The notes under the pieces were generated by a model. It had not been told where the DNA came from. It worked only from the letters and a program-made list of their open reading frames with translations, and searched no databases. Source: Glycera tridactyla (taxonomy: Eukaryota). Taken from it: a stretch of DNA of 64,000 nucleotides. Positions 12,262 to 23,175 of the stretch are shown piece after piece. The first letter of the stretch is position 1. The number at the start of each line of letters is the position of its first letter. Both the position numbers and the translations under genes were made by a program. The DNA lies in NCBI GenBank assembly GCA_965644265.1, contig OZ286475.1:14756001-14820000 (forward strand), in the 5' to 3' direction.

Positions 12262-13705
12262 CATCTGGGCAGGGATCGAACCCATGTCATCCAGGTTATT
12301 TTCCAAAAGTGACAGTCTTACCCATTGAGCTACCAGTCCATAACACATTCCTTATCCATGAATCTACAGCTGCCTTACCACACAAAATATATATTACATT
12401 AGGTCAAGGTAACAAAATGGCCTCAACCACACAAGAGATTAGAACCAGCATCCCTTGGTATTTTGCTGGGCCGAACAACAGTGATGATGGCCTTAAAAAA
12501 GTGTGTCAGTGGTCAATTGGACATGTGAGTGCCTGATTCTACCTACATTTCAACTGGTTGTTTACTTCCTGGAAAAAATAAATTTGACCTGAGCAGGGTT
12601 CGAACCCATGACTTCCAGGTCATTCTCCAAAAGTGACAGTCTTACCCATTGAGCTACCAGTCCAAAACACATTCCTTATCCATGAATCTACAGCTGCCTT
12701 ATCACACAAAATATATATTACATTAGGTCAAGGTAACAAAATGGCCTCAACCACACAAGAGATTAGAACCAGCATCCCTTGGTATTTTGCTGGGCCGAAC
12801 AACAGTGATGATGGCCTTAAAAAAGTGTGTCAGTGGTCAATTGGACATGTGAGTGCCTGATTCTACCTACATTTCAACTGGTTGTTTACTTTCTGGAAAA
12901 AAATACATTTAACCTGAGCAGGGTTCGAACCCATGACTTGCAGGTCATTCTCCAAAAGTGACTGTCTTACCCATTGAGCTACCAGTCCAAAGGGTACTAA
13001 GCAACTGCAAATCTGAACCTGCTTGACCACACATGATACATTATCCATCAGTTAAGGTAACAAAATTGCCTCAACCACACAAGAGATTGAAAACAGCATT
13101 CTTCGGTATTTTGCTGGGTCAACAACAGTGATGATTGCCTTAAAAAAGTGTGTCAATGGTCAATTGGGCATGTGAGTGCCTGATTCTACCTACATTTCAA
13201 CTGGTTGTTGAATTTTTTGGAAAAAAAATGCATCAGACCTGAGCAGGGTTCGAACCCATGACTTCCAGGTCATTCTCCAAAAGTGACAGTCTTACCCATT
13301 GAGCTACCAGTCCAAAACACATTCCTTATCCATGAATCTACAGCTGCCTTACCACACAAAATATATATTACATTAGGTCAAGGTAACAAAATGGCCTCAA
13401 CCACACAAGAGATTAGAACCAGCATCCCTTGGTATTTTGCTGGGCCGAACAACAGTGATGATGGCCTTAAAAAAGTGTGTCAGTGGTCAATTGGACATGT
13501 AAGTGCCTGGTTCTACCTACATTTCAACTGGTTGTTTACTTCCTGGAAAAAATACATTTGACCTGAGCAGGGTTTGAACCCATGACTTCCAGGTCATTCT
13601 CCAAAAGTGACAGTCTTACCCATTGAGCTACCAGTCCAAAGCACATTTCTTGCCCATGAATCTACAGCTGCCTTAACACACAAAATACATATTCCATTAG
13701 GTCAA
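12262..13705 (-). repeat. ~325-bp tandem array (5 units), each with a 78-nt tRNA-like Pol III unit
   Basis: tRNA-like segments at 12262-12339, 12586-12663, 12911-12988, 13236-13313 and 13560-13637 (periods 324, 325, 325, 324). A box TAGCTCAATGG, B box GGTTCGAACCC or variant, and a T6-T8 run 7 nt downstream in units 2-5. Confidence 0.85.
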
Positions 13706-14280
13706 GTCTTCTCAGACCTTTCCCCGAATTTTACTATGCATTATCTTTCAGGAAAAGTACTCTTCGTCGCTATGGGTTTCCAGAAAACCAATAGCAACTG
13801 AGTACACTACCTATTCTGATATTAAGTGGTCCCATACTTTTATGAAATGGAACCATGGACATAAATATAAGTACATGTAGTATTGAAAAATAGTGATAGC
13901 TGGGAGCCAGTTGATTAATAAATTCATTGAGTTTGTAGCCATAGTAACTTATGTCACGAGATTAAAGCACTGGATGAAGATGAGATGTCATCTTTGACTG
14001 AGCCATCAAGCATACCTAGTAAGATTGAAAAGTGAAAATCTTGCACTGCGATTTCTCAGTCCCAAGTTTCACCAAAGATCTGCCTATGATAATTCAAAGC
14101 AAGCAGATGAACTGCAGAGGATGCCTCCCAATTGTATGGAATTACAGAGATGCCAACCATTACGATTTTGGCCTAATGATTACGATTTTCACCCCAATAT
14201 TACGCCATTACGATCTTGTAGTCAATTATTACGCTTTTTGGAGGTGACTGGTACTGCACGCTGCTACAGTCCATTCCATA

Positions 14281-14455
14281 CAGTGAAATCTGCGATGAGA
14301 GACCACCTCAATTATCAATTAAAAGTGGTCTCTCAAAAAAGGTGGTCTTTGGTCTAAGGTATATTTGACTATGTCAAACAAGAGCTGCCCTAAAAACGTG
14401 GTCTACCGCAGGAGGCAGTCTCTCAACAGCAGGTCTTTCATTGCAGGTTTCACTG
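14281..14455. mobile_element. Tc1/pogo-type MITE (TA TSD) nested in the giant element
   Basis: TA|CAGTGAAATCTGC...GCAGGTTTCACTG|TA. Confidence 0.8.
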
Positions 14456-15177
14456 TATCTGAAATCAGGTTGATGAGGACTGAGAGTTCAATGGTTGCCA
14501 GTCATGATGTTGGATCAACGGACGAACTGCACAATGCATCCATGCCATTAAATCTCAAATCGGGCGACATAGACACTGATAGACATGATATTTGATATTC
14601 TGAACCCAAATGATGAGAGAGGTTAGCATGGCTTAGCTGGCAAAGTGTTGGCCGTGCAATCCATAGATCCCCGGTTCAAAGCTGCAAATGCCGCAAAAAA
14701 TAATTCATTTGGAATCAATTTAATTTTTTATGTAATTTATCATTCTACCACCTAAAATGTTGCAAAAAGTGAATCAGAATGTGAAACAATGTCATTAGTA
14801 AAAGAAGAGGAACTTTGAATATTTTGACAGTAATTTCGACAGTATCACACACTTCACTTATTAATGATGACTAAATCGTCATTTGATGAGGATAAAATGA
14901 AACAACTTTTTACCTGTGACCATTCTGAACAGTTTCAACGTGAAAAGTTATGAGTTCATTAGCAGATTCGAACCGGCGACCTGTGGTTTACCTGACCAGC
15001 ATCTAACCAACATGGCCATGTAGGTTACATATTCCATGTTCATGAACATGGTCTGAATAATATTGTCACCCTACACCGGACCATGTGCGTGCATGTAAAG
15101 GTGCGATCACCTAACACCCGGACGGTCGTTCGCTCATCACGACGAGCAGCGCCCTCTGAGTGCGATATGTATTCCAA

Positions 15178-15960
15178 AAGTGACAGGCTAACAATGTGTC
15201 AATGGTCAATTGGACATGTGAGTGTCTGATTCTACCTACATTTCAACTGGTTGTTGAATTTCTGAAAAAAAAATACATCAGACCTTAGCAGGGTTTGAAC
15301 CCATGACTTCCAGGTCATTCTCCAAAAATAACAGGCTAACCCATTGAACTACCAGTCCAAATCATATTCCGTGTCTCCAAATCTGAACTTGCTTCACCAA
15401 ACATGATACATGATCCATTAGTCAAGGTAACAAAATGGTCTCAACAATGGTCTCAACCACACAAGAGTTTGGAACCAACACCCCCCGCATATCGCTGGGT
15501 CAACAACAGTGATGATGGCCTTGAAAATGTGTGTCAATGGTGAATTGGACATGTGAGTGTCTGATTCTACCTACATTTCAATCGGTTGTTGAATTTCTGG
15601 AGAAAAATAATACATCAGACCTGAGCAGGGTTCGAACCCATGACTTTCAGGTCAGTCTCCAAAAGGGACAGGCTAACCCATTGAGCTACCATTCCAAAGC
15701 ATATACTGGGTCTCCAAATCTGAACCTGCTTCACCAAACAAGATACATGATCCATTAGTCAAGGTAACAAAATGGTCTCAACCAAACAAGAGATTGGAAC
15801 CAGCATCCCCCGGCATATTGCTGGGTCAACAACAGTGCTGATGGCCTTCAAAATGTGTGTAAATGGTCAATTGGACACTTGAGTGACAGGCTAACCCATT
15901 GAGCTAGCAGTCCAAAGCCTATTCTATGTCTCCAAATCTGAACTTGCTGGGTCAACAACA
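15178..15960 (-). repeat. More diverged continuation of the ~325-bp tRNA-like array
   Basis: Full 78-nt units at 15281-15358 (T9 run) and 15618-15695 (T5 run), and a truncated unit at ~15885-15912. Confidence 0.8.
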
Positions 15961-16073
15961 GTGTTGATGGCCTTAATTATGTGTTTCAATGGTCAAATGT
16001 GAGTGTCTGATTCTACCTACATTCCAATGCTCAATCCGCTAGGCCTCACATGCTAATTGTCTTTTATTTCTAG

Positions 16074-16540
16074 GACTGTTCATCTGACCATTGACACGAC
16101 TCAGTGGCCAGTCTGGCCTAGTTCGTTGGATGCTGGACGCTGAACTCTCAGGCTCCCAGTTCCACTCTGCCGAAAGCAGTGAGTGAATTTTTGTCGTTTT
16201 TTGGGTAGATAAACTGTTCGGAATTGCATTTTTTAACAAGATATCAAAGCATTATTGATAACTCACTCATACAAATACATATATTGATTAATAACAAGGA
16301 TGTGATACTTGCATTAATTATGAATTAACTTTGTTTTGCACCAGCATTACTTGATCACTAGCAATCTTAGTGTTAGATGGCTAGTGCGTAACCCACTGGG
16401 CAATGCATGCTAATAGATTTTTATTTCTAGGACTGTTTATCTGACCATTAACGGACAACGAGTCAGTGGCCAGTGTGGCCTCCTAGGTTGGATGCTGGAC
16501 GCTCACCCCTCAGATTCACAGTGCCACTCTTCCGAAAGCA
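16074..16540 (+). other. Two tandemly duplicated putative non-coding exons (16074-16178 and 16431-16540)
   Basis: Both have acceptor ttttatttctag|GACTGT and donor GAAAGCA|GTGAGT. Lengths are 105 and 110 nt, and copy 1 has stops in all three frames. Confidence 0.5.
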
Positions 16541-16796
16541 GTGAGTAAATATTCGTCATTTCTTTGTCATCAGCTTGCACGGATTTCATGTGTATTCAAC
16601 AAAAACAGTTTGAGTTCAAGTTGTCTGCCCAAACTTCCTCCCAAATGTCTGTAATTCATCATTATACTGTCTAACATAATGCAAAAATGTGTGTCACTAG
16701 AAAGAAAATGCCTAAATTGAAGAAATGGTGTTTGTAAGAGAATTGCCATTTCAACTATAAAATTATGATTTGATGGGGATAACGTGAGATGTTGTG

Positions 16797-17012
16797 CAGG
16801 GATTGTTTTACACTGTGCCCTGTGCTAAATGGAACATAAAGTTATGGAAGGGCACATTAAATTGCATATATTGTGCCAAGAAGGCACATATGATCATTCA
16901 TACTTTGATATAATTACAAGATCTGAGGCGCACACGAATCCGAAATGACACATGGAATTTGCATCAATGTGCCTGAAAGACCCATACATATTCCCAAGTA
17001 AGAAAATCCCTG
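16797..17012 (+). mobile_element. Third copy of the CAGGGA MITE family
   Basis: CAGGGAT...ATCCCTG termini and similarity to 23-238 and 1244-1455. TSD not recognisable. Confidence 0.65.
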
Positions 17013-17824
17013 GCTTGTTGAAGTAGTCGTGTCACAGCCAGGACTGCTTTCCACAAACGGAACAAGGAATACATGCAGTATACGATGAATCTGATGACTT
17101 GTATACAAGAATCCAAGTTGATTTGATAAAATAGTTTAAACAATGAAAGATCAGCCGACTTCTCCTCTCACACAACGCGACATGTATGGAGAAAGCCTGT
17201 TGAGGCTAAACATAGTGTATGAAATATAATTCTGACCAAGTTAATGCAAAAATAGATTCGTCAAACTCGCCCTGTCTGAGCAGCTGAGCAATGTTAAATC
17301 CAGGAAACTTCCACTGCAAATGGAAGTTCGGCACAAGGGAGCCTCCATGTTTGCTTGTCAGCCCTTTTTTGAGACAGAGCCAAGCCAAGTCGATCATTGC
17401 ATTTGAGGGAGATGTAGAAGAGACGATCTACGTGAATGCTTTCATGGGGCAAACGGATGAACAGAGGCTATCGGGATATTCGCACTGAGTTTGAAATTGC
17501 ATTTTTACTCCACTGTCATATGATCTTGCTTTTATCACATGGATTAGTGGATAAGTTATCACATGCAGTACTAAACATCTGATACTGTGCTGAAAATGTC
17601 ACCTCAACAGATACCACAGAATGCACTTACATGGATAACAGTGAGTCCATAAGTGTCCATAAAAATGTAACTGTGCACCAAATAATATAATCAACTGGTT
17701 ATGATTAACAAAAGTGCAACCTACCACATTTCTCTGGAAATGAACACTGGTAATATGTTATTACTGGATTTTTTTTAAGGTGGAAGCTATCCAATAAGTA
17801 AAGATGAGTCAGATGTGAATCAGG

Positions 17825-19861
17825 ATGGCAGGAATTGATGAGATAGGAAAAATATACTGCAGAAGAACTTTGAAGAGGCATGCAAACAAACGAGTTGAGT
17901 GCCTCCTGTCCAGAGGTGAGGACGATAACGTTGCAGGTACCTCTGAGACTTCACCAAAAGTTCTTGAACTGCCTGAAGAAGATCACACAGAGATTGTAAA
18001 TCACATGTCAGAATTGCATTGTGAGGATGAGTATGGCGCTCAAGTGCAAGCTGAACTTATTTCTCTAGATCTTGACGCCACTTCAAATTCTTAGTCGGAC
18101 TGTGATGTGCTCAGTGATTCGGATTGTGATGACAAGGCAGAAGATACGATATATAAGGACCTGAAAGAGTGGGCTGCTGACAATGACATTCGGCATTCCC
18201 ATCTGAATTCCCTCCTAAGAATTCTGAAACCGTTCTTTCCCTCTTTGCCACTAGATGCACGTACATTACTGGGAACACCAACAACCTACCAGGTCCAACA
18301 GATTGGTGGTGGAGCGTACCATCACTTTGGTGTAGCTAATAACGTTATTCATAGGGTGGAGGCATTACGAAAAATACATGAGACTGATACTCTGACATTA
18401 CAGGTCAATGTGGATGGCTTACCACTGTTCAAAAGTACCAATGAACAATTTTGGCCAATACTTGGTTGTCTACTTGAAGACCCCTCCAAACAACCATTTA
18501 TCATTGGCCTATTTCTTGGCACAAAGAAACAGATTGATGCGAATGAATACCTTCGTCAGTTTGTCGATGAGATGATGCTGTTAGAAGAACAGGGGATTGA
18601 TATAAATGAAAAACATTACATTCTCAAAATTGGCAATTTTGTTTGTGATGCACCAGCCCGTGCTTTCATTAAGCGAATCAAAGGTCACACTGGATATCAT
18701 GGATGTGAGAAATGCACGCAAAGTGGTGAGTGGGTTAACAACCGAATGACATTCCCAGATATGAATGCTCCCAAAAGAACCAATATCGCCTTCGATGACA
18801 TGGACATTGAAGAGCATCACCATGGCCCTTCCTCTCTCTCACAGCTAGGAGTTGGCTTAGTAACTGGTTTCCCTCTAGATTATATGCACTTAGTTTGCTT
18901 GGGTGTTATGAGAAAGTTGCTAAATCTCTAGCTCAAAGGACCTCTATGTGTTTGTTTAGGTAGCCGACTTGTTGGATTGATTTCAGATCAGCTGAATCTT
19001 TTCAAAAGTTACCTTCCACATGATTTTTCACGGAGAGGGAGGTCTCTATTGGAGTTGGACCGATGGAAAGCAACCGAGCTGAGAACATTCCTACTTTACT
19101 CAGGACCAGTGGCTTTGAAAGGAAATGTTTCTGATGCTGTTTATGGCAATTTCCTGATGCTCCATGTTGCAATAAGTATACTAGTGCAGGGCGAGTTTTG
19201 TGAACTCTACCTCGACTACGCTCGGCAACTTCTGACTCTATTTGTCCAAAATTTTGCAGATATCTATGGTCATGATATGCTCGTTTATAATGTGCACACT
19301 TTAATTCACTTACCTGATGATGTCTTGCGTTTTGGACCATTACAAAATTTCTCCTGCTTCCACTTCGAAACATATTTGCACATGATAAAGAAGTTGATAA
19401 GGAAACCAAGGTACCCTATGCAACAAGTCATCAGGCGAGTTGATGAAAAGAAGTTTCTTGAAGCCAAATTGAGAGAGAAAGAAACAATGCTGAAAAAAAA
19501 ACATCATGCAGGTCCTTTGCCGAATAACTTCCCACACTGCATCCAGTATAGTGAGGTGAACCTAGAGAGTTACATGTTGTCAATCTCACAACCAGACAAT
19601 GCAGTACTAAGTAATGGAGAGGTATACCTCATACGCAATATTGTCATGCTTGGTGACTTAGTTCAACTTGTGTGCAGCCAGTTTCAATTCAAGGAATCTT
19701 TCTATCAATACCCATTGGATTCTTCAAATCTGAGAACTTACTTTGTCAGACACCTAGATCGCCACCTATGTACTATCAACATTGGCGATGTCACTGGCAA
19801 GATGGTTCTTCTTCCTCTGAGAGATGGATTAGTTTCAATTCCATTAAATCACACATTGTGA
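17825..19861 (+). pseudogene. CMC/EnSpm-type transposase, single 679-codon frame broken by two in-frame TAG stops
   Basis: ORFs 17825-18094, 18107-18931 and 18977-19861 share one frame, with stops at 18092-94 and 18929-31 (LLNL*LKGP, probably TGG>TAG). Motifs VNVDGLPLFKS, QFWPILG, CDAPARAFIK, GHTGYHGCEKC, PLDYMHLVCLG, RWKATELRTFLLY, YNVHTLIHL. Confidence 0.9.
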
Positions 19862-20229
19862 AAAATTTGATTGCCAAGAGTCACTCTGGACAAGGTGTGG
19901 TGTGCAGAAATCCGCTGCAGTGCATATTGTCAGGTTTTCCGTATGATTGATTTTTGAAAGAGTTACTTTTGTGTAAGACCTCTCTGTAATTACTGATACT
20001 TATCCAAGCTTTGCTCTCAAAACTGTATTTGGCCAAAGAAATGCATAAGAAGCAGTTCCCCCACAAATTCTATGATATGTGCTTTTCCCTCCATTTCTCA
20101 TTGAAACGAGTGTCATGGCAGGCTCTAACCAGGGACTAGCAACCTGTATGCGTAGTGATGTAGTCTCTGCCCCCTGAGGTAGGCACTGCCCCTGTCCTAC
20201 AACTGCACATTGCTGATCCCAAGATTGAC

Positions 20230-20492
20230 TCTGCCAGAGCCATTAGTCTGAACCCACAAAGCTGATATATCTGTAATCAAATTCCCAGTGCGTGGCGACT
20301 GGGATATCAAAGGCTGGCCATGTTCATAGGAGTCTCTTCCTATATGCACGTAAAAGAACCACCGCTGTCTTTTGCAAAGAGTAGGTACGGCCCCTGGCAT
20401 GCGGTGACTCTTTTCTTCAGTATTTTCAGTTTTTTTTAGTCCGATATAACCCAAGCGGGTTTAAGCGGCGCTGAACTCAAACAAACAAACCC
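20230..20492 (+). mobile_element. SINE-like 3' fragment
   Basis: Contains GCACGTAAAAGAACC and ends GGCGCTGAACTC(AAAC)n, resembling invertebrate SINE bodies and tails. Family not assigned. Confidence 0.4.
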
Positions 20493-21519
20493 ACTCACCA
20501 CTTATCTGCTGCATCAAATACTTCTCTGCTAGGTATCAGAAGTACATTGGCAAAACACATGCAATACAGTATGCCACAAGTGCCTTGTGCTTGTCAACCA
20601 AGAGTAAAACAATGAAAATCATAATTTAATTCTTGCGAGCATTACCACTGTGTTTGATATGTTGCAGATACTTTGTAATTCCGTATGTCTTTGTGATGAC
20701 CCTATTGAAAATAGCGGCCAACAGCAACACCAAATGCAAGGCGACCTCTTGCGGATCTCCAACTCATTAAAACAGTCAGAGAACAAACAGAGTGTTGCGG
20801 CCAGCAGACGCAGTACCAACTCAATAAATTTTCCGGTGTTGAAACCCACAACTCCTTCAGCCTGCTATCTGATCTCCCTACTCAAGTGCAGAAAGTGGAC
20901 CTAAAACCTCGACATTTCTTTTTTTTCCCACCGAATAAGCATGGCGAGTCTAAATCACATATCGAAAATCACCAGAGATCAAACCTTTCGTGCTGCCACG
21001 ACAGTAAGTACGGCTGCATTGTCACCTGTATATTGTGAATACCTTTACTGTCAATATGTCATTTCAAGCGCAGATCTATTGGCTGTGCAATAATATACCC
21101 ACCGGATTGTCCATATATTCATAGATAGCATTTGCACTATTATGATTAAAAACTCAACCTTGTGATGTATCGCCTGACAACCTCACCATACCGTGACAGA
21201 CCTATCCCGATGATTTTTTGTTTGTAATGCGCACCTACCAGATTAGTCACAAATCAATAGTTAACATGACGACCACTGATATCCAAATTCACTCCGTCAC
21301 TAACTGTATACTCATGTTAACCAACATAGACCGTTGAGCTCACATATTCCACCGCACATAGTGCCACATCTTGCACAAGTATATGTTGCCTGTCTCTATC
21401 CTGCATACGTCCAAATACATTTGTTGCAGAATGTTGGTGTGTGCACAAAGGACGATGCTAAGGGACGCCTTGTTGATTGTCCAATTGCCAGACGCGGTGT
21501 ACAACTTGGAAAGGTTGGC

Positions 21520-22374
21520 ATGCCATATGTCATGTATATTGGTGACAGTTATGTCCGGCGCCTAGGTGATTTTGCCACCAACAAATCAACTGGCTCGAAA
21601 TACAAGTACATTTTGTCAAAGTTCTACTTCATGGGGATTGGAGGGTCCAAGTTCACAAATTTATTGCGGTCAATTCATGGTGATATGTCAGCAGACAAAC
21701 TTGCCATCTATGGAAATAGTTGGGACACATTTGTGGAATCAAAGTTCCGTCCATCGTTCGTCGTCATCACCTGTGGATCCAATGATGTCTCATCGTATAA
21801 TGAAAACATCAAGCCCCTGAAACGACGTCATCAGCACCCAGGTCATATACAAAATGTACTTCATGCAAAACGAAATAATTTCATGGAACACACAATCCCG
21901 TATATTGATGGGCTCATTATGTTTCTGCAGGAGAAATTTCCTAACATTGAGGTATTTTTCACCCCGATCTTCATTAGACCAGATTGGTACCCAGAGTCTA
22001 TCATTCTTGCCAAACGGCTGGATAAGTATGTTTTGAACACCATCAAACAAATCAGCACTTATAACATTCACTGTCTGACTATCAGACGAATCATGAAGAT
22101 TATACCCAAGCCCGCAAAACATAATCGATCGGTGTCCAAGTACTGCTCTGGTCATATTCATCCCGGTGCGCTCCACTATGACAGAGTGCACCTCAGCTAT
22201 GTGGGAAACTGTCTATTCTGTTATGACTTATGCGGCTCTCTACTTGATAAGTGGGTGGATCTCTTTGGTGAAAAGAGAAATGAGATGAGGCAAGGAAAAA
22301 ATAAGAAAAAGAGGAGAGTATACACACGTAAGACCAAAGAGCAGAAAGCAGCAGAGCACTTGTCCAGAACCTAA
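21520..22374 (+). CDS. Intronless SGNH/GDSL-family hydrolase (284 aa from ATG 21520; frame open from 21334)
   Basis: All four blocks present: YIGDSY (catalytic Ser), GIGG, CGSND, DRVH (Asp-x-x-His). Basic C-terminal tail RQGKNKKKRR. No stops or frameshifts. Confidence 0.85.
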   Translation: MPYVMYIGDSYVRRLGDFATNKSTGSKYKYILSKFYFMGIGGSKFTNLLRSIHGDMSADKLAIYGNSWDTFVESKFRPSFVVITCGSNDVSSYNENIKPLKRRHQHPGHIQNVLHAKRNNFMEHTIPYIDGLIMFLQEKFPNIEVFFTPIFIRPDWYPESIILAKRLDKYVLNTIKQISTYNIHCLTIRRIMKIIPKPAKHNRSVSKYCSGHIHPGALHYDRVHLSYVGNCLFCYDLCGSLLDKWVDLFGEKRNEMRQGKNKKKRRVYTRKTKEQKAAEHLSRT

Positions 22375-23175
22375 GTGCTTGAAATGAAGCGAATATTCAC
22401 TCCATGAATCAATATTTCTTATTTGGAAAAACGCTATCCGAAATTTGCTTTCGTTTCTGGATGTTTCTGAAATTGAATCTCCCATCTTGACAAGTGGAAC
22501 TAATGCATGCTGCATATCAATAGTAGACAGTATATCCTCAGGTATCTCTCAGGCTCTGTCTAATAAGATGTCAATGACCATATTCCTGTTGACTATATCA
22601 TGCATACAATGTTTACTGCATACTGTATACAAAGCATAGCTGGGCATAGAAGAGAATGAGCTGTGATCGGTACCTTGGGCTGTGATGGACTCATGGGGTG
22701 GTCCTGGAGTAGTTTTCCCCAGTGATGTGATCTCTACCCGATGTGGTAGTTATTGCGACTGTCCTAGGATGCTGTTTCGGGGTGTCCTCTTGGACCCATC
22801 ATTGTCTGATTGTGCTACATCATAACTTGCTCCTGATTAATGATTGTGGATGCTATATCATAACTTGCTCCTGGTTACTGATTGTGGGAGCTTGAAATAT
22901 TACATGTACAGAAGAAATGTGTATCAAGGCAAGGTTGTCTGATCTCATCGAATTTGCTTCTGAATTAATGTTTGTATAGGTTTTTCACCATGAATATTCA
23001 ATGTTCCATGTGTTAATGTATTATTATGTTCTGATGAATGTATATTTTAATCATCACAAGATTGAAAGTGACTGTAAGGATATCTGTACGAATGTATGTA
23101 TGTCTGCAGTGAGTACATGCCATTGAAACCAACCGAACGCAATGAGGTATGCCTGGAAAATGAAAATTCACTTAC

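Larger units (their letters stand above)
10690..15025. ncRNA. Left-arm tRNA-Thr-like Pol III modules (about 10695+, 10955+, 11470-, 14627+, 14958-)
   Basis: Consensus TGGCCTAGTTGGTTAG (A box)...AGGTC GCCGG TTCRAATC (B box) at canonical tRNA spacing, several followed by TTTT. Expression unknown. Confidence 0.6.

Noticed and set aside
12586-12663. Functional tRNA (Pro-TGG or Lys-TTT)
   Set aside because: The anticodon register is ambiguous, the D, anticodon and T stems pair poorly, and the variable region is atypical. Kept only as tRNA-like.
12228-13801. Repeated ORFs (MTVLPIELPV...MASTTQEIRTS...) as a peptide gene family
   Set aside because: They arise from the 325-bp tandem repeat on the strand opposite the tRNA-like units, use non-ATG starts, and are broken by stops at differing positions.
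20715-21003. ATG-less open frame (…VETHNSFSLLSD…) ending at a GTAAGT donor as an upstream exon of the SGNH gene
   Set aside because: Its phase (1) does not match the candidate acceptor at 21491 (phase 2), and there is no other support.
21334-22374. SGNH ORF as ORF1 of the CR1 LINE at 7.4-9.7 kb
   Set aside because: It lies 12 kb downstream of the LINE's 3' tail and inside a different element, whereas ORF1 would be upstream of ORF2.
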